Virus record (IMG/VR): IMGVR_UViG_3300017917_003822
Coordinates: 206,630-270,629 of that record
Reading direction: 5' to 3' (one strand)
Length of the DNA: 64,000 nucleotides
Shown here: in pieces, positions 18,940-28,912 of the stretch
How the letters are laid out: each line of letters opens with the position of its first letter
Numbering within the stretch: position 1 is the first letter of the stretch
Position numbers and translations under genes: made by a program
The notes under the pieces: generated by a model
What the model saw: only the letters and a program-made list of their open reading frames with translations
Told to the model about the DNA's origin: nothing
Databases searched by the model: none

Positions 18940-19584
18940 ATGAAAAACATTAAACTATTCGAAGATTTTAGTAACATACCGGATTTCAATGATATTATTG
19001 ATCAGGTCGTAAAATTCCTTGAGAAGGATAAGAAGGACCTGATTTCAGTTAACAAGATGCATATAATCATAAAAAAAGCTTTTGATTCGGTCACGTTGGC
19101 CGAATTATTTAGCTTTCTGAATAATCTGGGATATAAAATGACAATATATCCCGACATTTCACCCTCCTCAATGAATTCGAGATTTACTGTAAGTAAAATA
19201 AACTACAAGGATCCCATAGGTGATCTAAAATACGGTCTTAGTTTATTAATAGATTCAAAGTTAGGAGAAAAGCAGACTAAAACCTGCATTAACATATTGG
19301 GAAACAACATTGGAATAACCAGTCTGGGTAATTTCATGCAGGATATTTTAATCAAAAAAATCAACGACAATGAAATTGATTTGCTTTTCTGGAACGGGAA
19401 ATATTTAGTTACAGGCGAATTTGAACAGACGTCCATCCACCGGGAGGATGATATGGTTGCATTAGACTTTGAAAGCTACGAGACTTCAGATAAAAGAGAC
19501 TATATTCTTTCCGCTACTGCATCAGGATCTTGGGCGGCAGGATATGATATTGAACAAATCGAATATATAGATTTTTTAAATTAA
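18940..19584 (+). CDS. hypothetical protein with CTS-like leader
   Basis: MKNIKLFEDF start. Confidence 0.7.
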   Translation: MKNIKLFEDFSNIPDFNDIIDQVVKFLEKDKKDLISVNKMHIIIKKAFDSVTLAELFSFLNNLGYKMTIYPDISPSSMNSRFTVSKINYKDPIGDLKYGLSLLIDSKLGEKQTKTCINILGNNIGITSLGNFMQDILIKKINDNEIDLLFWNGKYLVTGEFEQTSIHREDDMVALDFESYETSDKRDYILSATASGSWAAGYDIEQIEYIDFLN

Positions 19585-20051
19585 TTCCCTATAGACATCC
19601 TTCTGTGTATTTGTTTTTTTGCATGATTTATCAGGTAGTCTCCAACTCCAGGAACTTTAAGAAGGTATGCTAATTCGGCTCTGTAACACACCAATTCTTC
19701 CTCATTTTCCGACATTTTTTGGTTACTCATCCTAATCATTAGGTGAAAGGATTCATGTACTAAAACCGCACATATGTTGTCTATATCATCATACTGAATG
19801 TCTCTTCGGGAGATGATGATAGTTCCTTTGGTGTCTATACCCCCGCCACTGTTGGTTGAAAAAGAACCATTCCAAAAGGAAATATTATTGCACGAGTTAA
19901 CTATAATGTCATAGTAGGCAGGATCAACGGATTTAATTTTATCCAAAGCCATCTGTGCCTTAACTTCCCAAAAATCACCAGCACGGTCTATTTTAATTTG
20001 GGCAGTTGAAAAAATGGGAAGGATAAATATTATCAATAGGTTTTTTAGCAT
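19581..20051 (-). CDS. secreted HExxH metallopeptidase-like protein
   Basis: Signal peptide; VHESFH and downstream EE..CY. Confidence 0.55.
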   Translation of the reverse strand: MLKNLLIIFILPIFSTAQIKIDRAGDFWEVKAQMALDKIKSVDPAYYDIIVNSCNNISFWNGSFSTNSGGGIDTKGTIIISRRDIQYDDIDNICAVLVHESFHLMIRMSNQKMSENEEELVCYRAELAYLLKVPGVGDYLINHAKKQIHRRMSIGN

Positions 20052-20054
20052 AAC

Positions 20055-20063
20055 CTATATATT
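20055..20063 (-). promoter_or_regulatory. Class B promoter
   Basis: aatatatag 4 nt before ATG. Confidence 0.55.
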
Positions 20064-20078
20064 TTTAAAAAAGAGAGA

Positions 20079-20522
20079 ATGATGACTAGATCAAAAACAA
20101 AAAAGCAACCGGAAAAAAGAAGTGACGAGATTACCGATCTGGAGGTTGCTAGAAAAATGTTAAAAATATACCAGAGCGCACAGGACAGAAAGCTTGACTT
20201 TGATCTTGGCTTTGAGTCGGTTAAAAAATTATTGTCATACCCAACTTGTTACTATACTGGAAGAAGATTTGAAGAGGAAGGTTCGTTTTCCAGAAGTTTC
20301 GATAGAGTTGATTCATCCAAGGGATACGTCGAGGGAAATGTTGTTGCATGCACTGTTGACATTAACGGGAAAAAGAGCAATTTATCGGTGGAGGAAATAG
20401 AATGTCTGTACATTAAATTGGTTAAGCCTCAATCGTTTAAAATGGAGGAGTCCAAAAAAATAGAAATGGAGGTAAATTTCCAGGAAATAAATAATCTGGA
20501 GGGGAACCAGGAGGATATATAA
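20079..20522 (+). CDS. His-Me-finger/HNH-like phage protein (possibly degenerate)
   Basis: TCYYTG...SFDRVDSSKGYVEGNVVAC...N..K. Confidence 0.6.
   Translation: MMTRSKTKKQPEKRSDEITDLEVARKMLKIYQSAQDRKLDFDLGFESVKKLLSYPTCYYTGRRFEEEGSFSRSFDRVDSSKGYVEGNVVACTVDINGKKSNLSVEEIECLYIKLVKPQSFKMEESKKIEMEVNFQEINNLEGNQEDI
20514..20522 (+). promoter_or_regulatory. Class B promoter
   Basis: gatatataa before ATG. Confidence 0.55.
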
Positions 20523-20525
20523 TGA

Positions 20526-21329
20526 ATGGAGATAAAAAATTTTAATACCTGGATAACTGAATCTGAAGACCCGGATAATGGTATAGTAAACAAGGACCAC
20601 ATAGATAAATTAATCAACGATGTGGATTTTTTAAAAAGAGTACCCAAGGGAGATCTACGTTTTGAGGTTCTTAAAAACGGTCAGCAACCACCATTAAAGT
20701 TTTATCTAATTAGGATAATGACGCATGGAAGCCTCTATAGACAAATAAACAGGCTGCTGGATGAAACCGGATTTGATGTTGTACCCGATATGGTTGGTAA
20801 TTATATTACAATTACAATTTTAATTGATGATAGCCTTCCCGGAGGCGATTTTAAAATCAAACAGCTATATGACTGGAGTGAAAGACATAATATGACTGTT
20901 TTATCAAACCCGAAGAACTATGATCAATTAAAAAACGTTGTAGAGAAATCAATTGAACATATTTTCGAGAAAATAAAACAGGTTAGATTGATTGTCCCAT
21001 CAAACATAAGAAAGATTGAAGGATTCTCGGATAAGATTAAGGAGAGCGTAAAGTCCCTTTACGATGGTATAATTGATAATTTTATTGAGAATGGAAGTAT
21101 ACCAAACGAACTAATTGATGATGATATTCTGACTGAAATTTTCACTAAAACTCTTCATGAAAATCCACAGTACATTGAGAAAATAAACAATCTACCTCCA
21201 TCTGCTAAGAAGAGGATTTTTAAAAGCTCGTTGGATCTTTTCAAGGACGATAATATTGAAATAAATCAAAAAACTCTGAACGGCATAGTGGCGTTCTTCA
21301 AAGTTAAAAAAACATGGGGGATGATATGA
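20526..21329 (+). CDS. hypothetical protein with CTS-like leader
   Basis: MEIKNFNTWITE-S start. Confidence 0.7.
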   Translation: MEIKNFNTWITESEDPDNGIVNKDHIDKLINDVDFLKRVPKGDLRFEVLKNGQQPPLKFYLIRIMTHGSLYRQINRLLDETGFDVVPDMVGNYITITILIDDSLPGGDFKIKQLYDWSERHNMTVLSNPKNYDQLKNVVEKSIEHIFEKIKQVRLIVPSNIRKIEGFSDKIKESVKSLYDGIIDNFIENGSIPNELIDDDILTEIFTKTLHENPQYIEKINNLPPSAKKRIFKSSLDLFKDDNIEINQKTLNGIVAFFKVKKTWGMI

Positions 21330-21724
21330 CAAAAAATCTAAAAACCTTTGAAAGCTGGAATAGTAAGGACGACGAAATAGAGAATCTTCAGGAGTTGCTT
21401 AATTATAACATGGATTATATTAGAGAACTCTTCGATGAGAGAACCATGGAATCGGATTTCTTGGAAATTTCGGAACCGGAAGAATTTGTGGTTGAATATT
21501 GGCCTAAATCTTTGGATGGAGCCATTCCAAAGAGAATCTCATATTATATAGACGAGATCGCGGAGAAAATATCGGAGCGAATGAAAAATAAAATCGATTG
21601 GAGATTCTCACCTAACGGCAACGTGCAGAGAATAATTTTCGAACTCGATAGTCCTGTAAATACGGAACATTTGGAACTCGTCAGAAAATTTAATAAAACA
21701 AAAGAAAAACTAAGATACACATAA
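21314..21724 (+). CDS. hypothetical protein with CTS-like leader
   Basis: MTKNLKTFESW (start probably 21326). Confidence 0.7.
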   Translation: MGDDMTKNLKTFESWNSKDDEIENLQELLNYNMDYIRELFDERTMESDFLEISEPEEFVVEYWPKSLDGAIPKRISYYIDEIAEKISERMKNKIDWRFSPNGNVQRIIFELDSPVNTEHLELVRKFNKTKEKLRYT

Positions 21725-21754
21725 ATCCGGATTTAACCCCGGATTTATTTTTTT
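21722..21754 (+). terminator. intrinsic terminator overlapping next promoter
   Basis: aaatccgg/ccggattt stem plus T-tract. Confidence 0.7.
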
Positions 21755-21779
21755 GTAACGGATTCATTTATTACATTTG
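21748..21779 (+). promoter_or_regulatory. Class A promoter
   Basis: T-tract-gtaacg-N11-TACATTTG. Confidence 0.75.
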
Positions 21780-22085
21780 CCAGATAATATAGAAAAAATG
21801 GATCATCTTTCAAAATACTTATCTTCGCCAAAACCGGAGGAAATAGTAGTCCAGTCCAGATATTCATATGTTGATCAATTACATTTGGAGAATAGTAATG
21901 TGGATATCGAGAGTGCACTTAAGAACGATATAGCTAGAAAAATGGTTGATATTTTAATCGAGAGGAATCTGATTGAATTTAAAATGATTAACACAACAAA
22001 TCCATACGAAGCTTCAGTTACGATTTCAGGTAAAATAAAAGTCCAACCTCCGTATTTAGAATTTAAACTTTCAGGAATGATATGA
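21777..22085 (+). CDS. hypothetical protein (start probably 21798)
   Basis: ORF after promoter. Confidence 0.6.
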   Translation: MPDNIEKMDHLSKYLSSPKPEEIVVQSRYSYVDQLHLENSNVDIESALKNDIARKMVDILIERNLIEFKMINTTNPYEASVTISGKIKVQPPYLEFKLSGMI

Positions 22086-22525
22086 TCAAGAAATCTGTAA
22101 ATATAGTTAATAAAAAGGCAAAATTTGAGTTCGAGTTCATCAGGGTTTTAGATGCTGGAATTCAGCTAACCGGATCCGAGGTCAAATCAATTAGGGATTC
22201 AAAAGTGGATTTTACAGATTCATATTGCTATTTTGTAAATAATGAGTTATTCATTAAGAATTTACACATTTCGTCCAATGACTATCGTTATTCACACGAT
22301 CCCAAAAGAGAAAGAAAACTACTTCTTAAAAGGAGAGAACTAGATAAGCTACAGAAGGATCTCGTTAAAAATATGAGCATAGTTCCATATAGAATTCACG
22401 AAAACGGAAAATCTCTACTAAAAATAGAAATAGCTTTGGGTAGAGGAAAAAAACTTTATGATAAAAGAGAAACTATCAAAAGTAGGGACATCGAAAGAGA
22501 AACACAAAAACAACTTAAGGGATAA
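22082..22525 (+). CDS. smpB: SsrA-binding protein SmpB
   Basis: NKKAKFEF...AGIQLTGSEVKSIR, RKLLL, GRGKKLYDKRETIK. Confidence 0.93.
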   Translation: MIKKSVNIVNKKAKFEFEFIRVLDAGIQLTGSEVKSIRDSKVDFTDSYCYFVNNELFIKNLHISSNDYRYSHDPKRERKLLLKRRELDKLQKDLVKNMSIVPYRIHENGKSLLKIEIALGRGKKLYDKRETIKSRDIERETQKQLKG

Positions 22526-22541
22526 TCAAAATTTATTTATC

Positions 22542-23093
22542 ATGGAAAAGAAAATCAACTTCGTCATCAGCAAAGAAGATAAGATTCGTTGGATCATAGA
22601 AAAACACGTTCAGACAAATCACCAATATTCAGAATATTTACCGTACGAGTTTCATTTAAGAATGGTAGCTCAGGTTGCTAAAGACTTCGACTACCTTATA
22701 CCATCCGAAGAAATGAGGGAGTCGATATTGATAGCTGCATACGGTCACGATCTTATCGAGGATACCAGAGTTTCCTATAATGATGTTAAATCTATCCTCG
22801 GCGTAACTGTGGCTGATATTATCTATGCATTAACCAATGAGAAGGGTAAAAATAGAAAGGAGAGAGCAAATTCTAAATATTATGAGGGCATCTTAGAAAC
22901 TCCAGGTGCAGTTTTTGTTAAACTCTGCGATCGTATTGCCAATGTTCAGTATTCTAAAATGACCAAAAGCAGAATGTTCGAAATGTACAAGAAGGAGAAT
23001 CCAGAATTTCTAACCAGTCTGGGATTTCCTAAGGGACAAAGTCACCCATTGGAGCCAATGAGTAAATATTTGTTAAATTTATTTGAGGATTAA
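22542..23093 (+). CDS. HD-domain hydrolase, SpoT/Mesh1-like
   Basis: PYEFHL, GHDLIEDT, VKLCDRIAN. Confidence 0.85.
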   Translation: MEKKINFVISKEDKIRWIIEKHVQTNHQYSEYLPYEFHLRMVAQVAKDFDYLIPSEEMRESILIAAYGHDLIEDTRVSYNDVKSILGVTVADIIYALTNEKGKNRKERANSKYYEGILETPGAVFVKLCDRIANVQYSKMTKSRMFEMYKKENPEFLTSLGFPKGQSHPLEPMSKYLLNLFED

Positions 23094-23096
23094 ATT

Positions 23097-23375
23097 ATGA
23101 AACATAAGGCCATCAGAGGTAACAGGGGTAACGGAAAACCAGCTAATCCCTACGCATATCCGGTTTCAAGTAACAGTACCACATATTATGGAATGACCCT
23201 GAGGGACCATTTTGCTGGGATAGCAATGCAGGGTCTGATCAGTAATTTTAAAGGTGATGTTTCCGCTAATTATGAAATTGTATCTATTGCTTCCTACAAG
23301 ATGGCCGATGCCATGCTAAAGGAAAGATGCATAGAGAGATCATTAGATACTGATGACGACCAATCAAAATTTTAA
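23097..23375 (+). CDS. conserved phage protein (GMTLRD.FA family)
   Basis: GMTLRDHFAGIAMQG...ADAML.ER. Confidence 0.7.
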   Translation: MKHKAIRGNRGNGKPANPYAYPVSSNSTTYYGMTLRDHFAGIAMQGLISNFKGDVSANYEIVSIASYKMADAMLKERCIERSLDTDDDQSKF

Positions 23376-23384
23376 CGTTTATAA

Positions 23385-23417
23385 TTTTTTAATCCCGAAT
23401 GATATTCATATATTTAG
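23385..23417 (+). promoter_or_regulatory. Class A promoter (variant)
   Basis: T-tract-aatcccg-N11-TATATTTA. Confidence 0.6.
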
Positions 23418-23435
23418 GAAACTAAAATTAAAAGG

Positions 23436-23843
23436 ATGAAAAGATTAGAAAATTTTTTAGATACTGCCTCGACATGGAAGGTTTTTATTTTTGGATGGGT
23501 ATTTTCTGGAGTATTGGCCTTTCTATTATTTCAGTTCCTTCCAGACGGTACAGAATTGGAGAGAGACGCATTTATTAATTTTAAGATTGGTGCCACGATG
23601 GGGATTATATTAGGATTAGTTTTCGCTCTTCTGAACTCAATGGCCAAAAAATCTCAAAAATTTTGGGATTACTCAAAAGAAGTTAAATCGTTAATAGATA
23701 AGGCGGAAACTAAGGAGGAATTAAGTTCCATTTATAAAAATGAATTTAATACTTTGAGAAATTTATCGATGGGCAACCCACACTCAATGGAACTAACAAG
23801 ATTGTTCGCAATCTTGCAAACAAAACATAAATATGGAAAATAA
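23436..23843 (+). CDS. two-TM membrane protein
   Basis: Two hydrophobic segments. Confidence 0.7.
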   Translation: MKRLENFLDTASTWKVFIFGWVFSGVLAFLLFQFLPDGTELERDAFINFKIGATMGIILGLVFALLNSMAKKSQKFWDYSKEVKSLIDKAETKEELSSIYKNEFNTLRNLSMGNPHSMELTRLFAILQTKHKYGK

Positions 23844-24501
23844 AAAGAAACATTTGGATGTGGAAAATCCAATGGCAATTCTTGCTGCTTTTACTCAAAT
23901 GATTTCTGATCCAGGTATCGGAAATTACTTTGGTGGTCTCATCAAAGAAATGGATCCAGAATCAAAGTACCCACACGACAAATTAGGTGGCGGCTATGAA
24001 TTACGTGAAATTGAAATTCTTGCAGAGGGTGGTCAATTCATCGTAAATAATCGAGAAAAATACTCACATTTATACCATAACGGATTAAAAGTTTCTGATG
24101 AAGTCTTTCGTAGAGGTGGAACCGGTGGTAAATTCAAGGATGGTTATTGTAAACTAATTCATTACATTCAAAAGGAGCCTCATACTGAAAAACGTCACGG
24201 ATTTGATTTTGGTACTCATGTTATCATTAATCACTTAGGTGATATTAAGCTGAAAGGAGAAGGTATATCCTCATACCCGGACCATATAGGAGGACACTTG
24301 GGATCTCTTGGTAATTATGTATATGACTTAAGAACAGGTGAAGCGATTGCGGTGAAAAGCTCAACCTCCATTACTGGCTCTAATTGTATCATAATCGATC
24401 ACCGTTACGAATGGTACAATAAGGATATCTCAATGCCTCTAGGCATTTACCAAATAGATTTCTGGACAGCAGAAATCAAAAAAATTGACGACGTAAAATA
24501 A
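23833..24501 (+). CDS. hypothetical protein
   Basis: ORF in operon. Confidence 0.7.
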   Translation: MENKKKHLDVENPMAILAAFTQMISDPGIGNYFGGLIKEMDPESKYPHDKLGGGYELREIEILAEGGQFIVNNREKYSHLYHNGLKVSDEVFRRGGTGGKFKDGYCKLIHYIQKEPHTEKRHGFDFGTHVIINHLGDIKLKGEGISSYPDHIGGHLGSLGNYVYDLRTGEAIAVKSSTSITGSNCIIIDHRYEWYNKDISMPLGIYQIDFWTAEIKKIDDVK

Positions 24502-24508
24502 ATCTACT

Positions 24509-25009
24509 ATGAAATTTAACTATATAGAAGGGGATTTAATCAAGTTAGCTAAAGAGGGTAAATTTGATGTCATCACACACGGATGCAACTGTTTATCCAC
24601 AATGGGAGCCGGAATTGCACCACAAATGGCAAAAGCTTTCGGGTGCGACAAATTTGAGATGGAGTTAATCGGACCAGATATCAATAAACTGGGAAACATC
24701 GACTACCAAACCATGGTTTTAGGTGAGAATGCAGTTTGGTCACTGGAGGATTTTAAAAATAATAGAAATGAACCTGAATTGATTGTTATTAATTCATACA
24801 CTCAATATCACTACGGAGGTCAAAAACCTCTAGATTATGAGGCATTGACATTGTGTCTCCGTAAAATCAATCATCAATTCAAAGGAAAGCATATCGGATT
24901 ACCAAAGATTGGAGCTGGATTGGCAGGAGGAAACTGGAATCGAATAGAGCACATCATACAAACGGAATTAAAAGACATGGAGGTGTCAGTGGTAATCTAT
25001 AAAGGATAA
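24509..25009 (+). CDS. macro domain (ADP-ribose processing) protein
   Basis: EGDL, HGCNC..TMGAGIA, PKIGAGLAGG.W. Confidence 0.9.
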   Translation: MKFNYIEGDLIKLAKEGKFDVITHGCNCLSTMGAGIAPQMAKAFGCDKFEMELIGPDINKLGNIDYQTMVLGENAVWSLEDFKNNRNEPELIVINSYTQYHYGGQKPLDYEALTLCLRKINHQFKGKHIGLPKIGAGLAGGNWNRIEHIIQTELKDMEVSVVIYKG

Positions 25010-25181
25010 GAAACAAAGAAAAATATTAAAATGAAAAGATTAAAAGACTTACTGGCTCCAGCCTACTTAGGATTTGCACTTTCTTTTTTTGCAAATCTGA
25101 GCTTTACAAACCCAAAATTTTGGGCAATATTAATTCCATTCCTGGTTATTGTAAAAGTAACAGGATTTAACACAAAAGAGA

Positions 25182-25763
25182 ATGAGTAGAACAGAATTTC
25201 ACACAGGAAAATTATACCCGGTTAGATTCTCAGGATCTTTAGAAGAGGCCTGCAGGGATATTGCTAGAAGACACAATTTTGATCTTGGAGAAAACTGGAA
25301 GGAAGAATTCAGAGATAAATTTGACGAATATTCAAATAAAAAGGATCATGCCTCAGAGGAGTACTTTATTCATGGTGAAAATTTATATCGGGTAATAGAT
25401 CACGAGGAGAGTGACTCAGAGGAATATTTCATGAAGCTTATTAGAAATTCGGACGGTAGCATCTCATTTATAGGTCAATTTTATAACGGGGGTACATGTT
25501 TCTCGGAAATGCTGGAAGATGCACTTAGTGAACTAAAGCCGACCTACGTTGAACTTATAAGAAATGAGATTGATGAAATTGTTAAAGAACACAACCAACC
25601 TCAACCTAAGACTGTTCCAAGTGCAGGATCTCTGATTATGAAATATAGAGGTCTTGATAGAGCAAGGAAGCTTTTTGAGGGTGCAGCAGAGGAAACGAAA
25701 TCAGACGTATTTAAAAGTTCGGCTTACGAAGCAACCCTGAAAACAATTCTTAAATCTAATTAA
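25182..25763 (+). CDS. hypothetical protein
   Basis: ORF in operon. Confidence 0.7.
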   Translation: MSRTEFHTGKLYPVRFSGSLEEACRDIARRHNFDLGENWKEEFRDKFDEYSNKKDHASEEYFIHGENLYRVIDHEESDSEEYFMKLIRNSDGSISFIGQFYNGGTCFSEMLEDALSELKPTYVELIRNEIDEIVKEHNQPQPKTVPSAGSLIMKYRGLDRARKLFEGAAEETKSDVFKSSAYEATLKTILKSN

Positions 25764-26285
25764 ATGAAAACAATAGAGATAGAGGATTCGGTATACGAAA
25801 AGCTAATTGAGCTTGCAACCGAGATGACGACTCAAGATCCTAGATGTACGAGGATGCCTCACATGTTCCAGATCAGAGACTGGGAAAGAGATTATGATTG
25901 GAACCTAAATGGTGATACTAAGTGCTGGATCGATCGAGATGACGACTTTACTGTTATTGAGACGCTCGAAGAGTTCAAAGATCATCTGGCGTACTTGGGA
26001 ATTGATGCACCTGAAAATATTAATGAGCTTTGGGAGGACGATTGGGATTTAAAGGATTGGATCTCCGATAACTGCGATCGATTAGAAGAATGCTCGTATT
26101 CAATGAGAGCAATCTATAAGAACTGCTTCTTAACCGCAAAGGCTGCTGAAGAACATTTAAAGTCGAATTATTATCACTATCATCCAAACGCGGATGTTTA
26201 TTTAAATCATGCTTGGAGAAATCCGGAGGCAGATCTTGTATCGGAGTTTCTGTGCAGTTTGGTAGGAAAATCACTACATACATAG
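25764..26285 (+). CDS. conserved phage hypothetical protein
   Basis: TQDPRCTRMP...FLT.KAAEEH...N.YHY...Y..HAWRNPE. Confidence 0.7.
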   Translation: MKTIEIEDSVYEKLIELATEMTTQDPRCTRMPHMFQIRDWERDYDWNLNGDTKCWIDRDDDFTVIETLEEFKDHLAYLGIDAPENINELWEDDWDLKDWISDNCDRLEECSYSMRAIYKNCFLTAKAAEEHLKSNYYHYHPNADVYLNHAWRNPEADLVSEFLCSLVGKSLHT

Positions 26286-26364
26286 AACTTTTTCGGAGTA
26301 CTGATCTATAATAACAATTAACCAGCATCCAACCCAACGGAAGGTTGCACAATACCATATAATT

Positions 26365-27138
26365 ATGAAAGACGCACTAGGCGACAGAATGAAAGAGTTC
26401 TATGAGGATAGAACTAGAATCAAACTCCCAAGGAGAACCTACACAATTATCCGCATCGACGGAAAAGCATTTCACACTTACACAAAAGGATTAGAAAGAC
26501 CGTTTGACGAAGGTCTAATTGAAGACATGAACGGCACGACTGCATACCTGTGCAAGAATATACAGGGTGCTAAATTCGGTTACGTCCAATCCGATGAGAT
26601 CTCACTAGTATTAACAGATTTTGATGATCTAAGTACACACGCATGGTTTGATAACAATCTTCAAAAGATGGCTTCTGTTGCAGCATCGATGGCCACATCT
26701 GAATTTAATCGATTGAGATTGATGAGAGATTCAAAGAACGGAGCACTTGATATTCGAGAGCTAAACCTTTTTAAAATGGCACAGTTTGATGCTAGAGTGT
26801 TTCAAATTCCATTTATCGATGAAGTTGAAAACTACTTCATCTGGAGACAACAGGATGCAGTAAGGAATAGTATATCATCAGTTGCACAAAGCCTATACAG
26901 TCCAAAGCAACTACACGGGGTTAAGACTGATCAGATGCAGGAGATGATCTTTCAAAAAGGAATTAATTGGAACGACTATGATTTCCGTCTGAAAAGAGGT
27001 GCAGTTATCGGGAAGGTCCCAGTTGAGCTAACCAGCGGGGACGTAACTTACACAAGGAATAGATGGATGGTAATAGACACTCCAACATTTACTCAGGATA
27101 GAGAATTCATTAAAAATCTTTTAAAAATAGAAAAATGA
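26365..27138 (+). CDS. thg1: tRNA(His) guanylyltransferase (Thg1/TLP)
   Basis: IRIDGKAFHTYT, YVQSDEISL, FDARVF, YF.WRQQDA.RNS. Confidence 0.92.
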   Translation: MKDALGDRMKEFYEDRTRIKLPRRTYTIIRIDGKAFHTYTKGLERPFDEGLIEDMNGTTAYLCKNIQGAKFGYVQSDEISLVLTDFDDLSTHAWFDNNLQKMASVAASMATSEFNRLRLMRDSKNGALDIRELNLFKMAQFDARVFQIPFIDEVENYFIWRQQDAVRNSISSVAQSLYSPKQLHGVKTDQMQEMIFQKGINWNDYDFRLKRGAVIGKVPVELTSGDVTYTRNRWMVIDTPTFTQDREFIKNLLKIEK

Positions 27139-27527
27139 AAAGTAAATTTTACTTTCAAGCAGGAAAGGTCCATTCAATTACATTAACTCCAGAAAGGGAA
27201 TCCGGTTACGAATGGTTTGAAGCAATTCCAGAACAATCCAAAAAGTTCCTAGGATTTACAATCGGTACCATACCATCAGTTCCAGCTGGATGGTCTGATT
27301 ATGAAGATGGCAGATTACGAAAAGAATCATCATATTTCGAACAGTACTCCTGGTATCGTGTTGACGAGGTAAATAAAAAAGTCTTTAATAAAGCAAACAT
27401 TAGCATTCGCTTTAATTATAAGGAGAGTTATGGAATGAATTTTAATTCTAATGAGGAGGCTCAACAGTGGATTGACGATTTAATCAAAGAAACCGGATTG
27501 GAATTTTCAGTAATCGTTAACAAATAA
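27135..27527 (+). CDS. hypothetical protein
   Basis: ORF in operon. Confidence 0.7.
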   Translation: MKSKFYFQAGKVHSITLTPERESGYEWFEAIPEQSKKFLGFTIGTIPSVPAGWSDYEDGRLRKESSYFEQYSWYRVDEVNKKVFNKANISIRFNYKESYGMNFNSNEEAQQWIDDLIKETGLEFSVIVNK

Positions 27528-27533
27528 GCATAA

Positions 27534-27565
27534 TTTTTTTATGCCGAGGATATTTTATATCTTTG
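27534..27565 (+). promoter_or_regulatory. Class A promoter
   Basis: T-tract-atgccg-N11-TATCTTTG. Confidence 0.75.
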
Positions 27566-27582
27566 TTAAAAAATAAAAAATA

Positions 27583-28341
27583 ATGGAAGAAAATGTTTTC
27601 GATAGGGGTTTACCTAAATGGCCAGCTCTAGTAGTAAAAGGGAAACCCGTTACGAAAGATCAGGCTAAGGAGATCATAGTTCGAACCTCTGGATTTTATT
27701 TTGGATGTAACGACAGGGAGTGGGAATCAATTATAAACGAGCTCATCTTCGGAATTCGAGCAACTAGTAACGAATTCGATAAGTTGCTGAAAGAAAAACA
27801 TGGAATAGACGAAAAGGATTTCAATAAATTCTGGGAAGTCAAGGAGAGTTATTACGAAAAATATAGCCCTGTAGAGAATCTTGACTATCTAACAAATAGT
27901 AGGATTTCGTCAGCCTGGATTGGTGGACCACATGGATGGTGCTCGTGGAACGGTAAGATTGGTTGTTCTAATTACAACATCGGAAAATACCCATCAGTTA
28001 CGGATGTCTATAACGAATGGGTAGAAATAGCCAAAGCATTTCCATTTCTAGATCTTAAATGTCAACTTATGAATGGAGAGGCTGGAGAGGACGAAGTTCC
28101 AGTTCCAGTTGTTGAATTCGAAGTTAAAGATGGGGAGGTTAAGGCATACGCTCCGAAAGAAATTCTAGATTACCCTTGCTTCGGATCTGATGATATTGCA
28201 CTTAGATTTTCAAATCCGTATGCGGAGAGAGGCTGTGACAGAGAAACCCTTAAAGATGCGCTTGAATACGTTTCAGCGGAATTTGTAACAAGAGAAAAAA
28301 TCAAGAAAAATGAATTTTGGGTGGATTTACCCGAAATCTAA
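27583..28341 (+). CDS. conserved phage hypothetical protein
   Basis: LPKWP...GGPHGWC.W.G.IG...NIGKYPS. Confidence 0.75.
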   Translation: MEENVFDRGLPKWPALVVKGKPVTKDQAKEIIVRTSGFYFGCNDREWESIINELIFGIRATSNEFDKLLKEKHGIDEKDFNKFWEVKESYYEKYSPVENLDYLTNSRISSAWIGGPHGWCSWNGKIGCSNYNIGKYPSVTDVYNEWVEIAKAFPFLDLKCQLMNGEAGEDEVPVPVVEFEVKDGEVKAYAPKEILDYPCFGSDDIALRFSNPYAERGCDRETLKDALEYVSAEFVTREKIKKNEFWVDLPEI

Positions 28342-28361
28342 TTAACTAAATTATAGAAAAA

Positions 28362-28904
28362 ATGAAATTAAATTTAAATTCAACATCAGCAAGATTATAT
28401 CGATGGGTATTTGCAACTAGTAGAATGCCAGATTCTCTTTGTCCATATTTTTGGAAACTCGTACTTATGTGGATCGTCTTGATTCCATACACGATACTTT
28501 CCTTGCCGTATATGACGATTCAAAAATTGTCAGAAGGCGATTTTTTCGAAAGAGGAAGTTCTTTCGGTGAAAAGCCTGGTTCAGGTTTGGTGATTTGGGG
28601 AGCTATTTATTTAGCTGGAGTTATGCTCTTCTCAATCTCAGTTTTTTGGGTCGATTTTCCAAAAGAATCGTTCGCTGAACACATGCAGATTTTAGGAATT
28701 TTCCTGTGGATCATCACATTAGGTGTTGGCGGATGGAACGGTACTAAATGGTTGATTGAGAAGTATAAGGACTCTAAAATAAAGTACGATGAAAATGGTT
28801 ACCGAATCTGGGAACCGGTTAAGGAAAAATCTGACTCAATCATAGTATCATTCGTTAAATCGACGTACCATAAGTACTGTCCTAAAATTGAATGGTTTAA
28901 ATAA
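28362..28904 (+). CDS. membrane protein
   Basis: SLCPYFW followed by three hydrophobic segments. Confidence 0.7.
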   Translation: MKLNLNSTSARLYRWVFATSRMPDSLCPYFWKLVLMWIVLIPYTILSLPYMTIQKLSEGDFFERGSSFGEKPGSGLVIWGAIYLAGVMLFSISVFWVDFPKESFAEHMQILGIFLWIITLGVGGWNGTKWLIEKYKDSKIKYDENGYRIWEPVKEKSDSIIVSFVKSTYHKYCPKIEWFK

Positions 28905-28912
28905 TAGAAATC

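Noticed and set aside
26329-26351. caacc/ggttg hairpin upstream of thg1
   Set aside because: Only 5 bp, with no U-tract or recognisable motif
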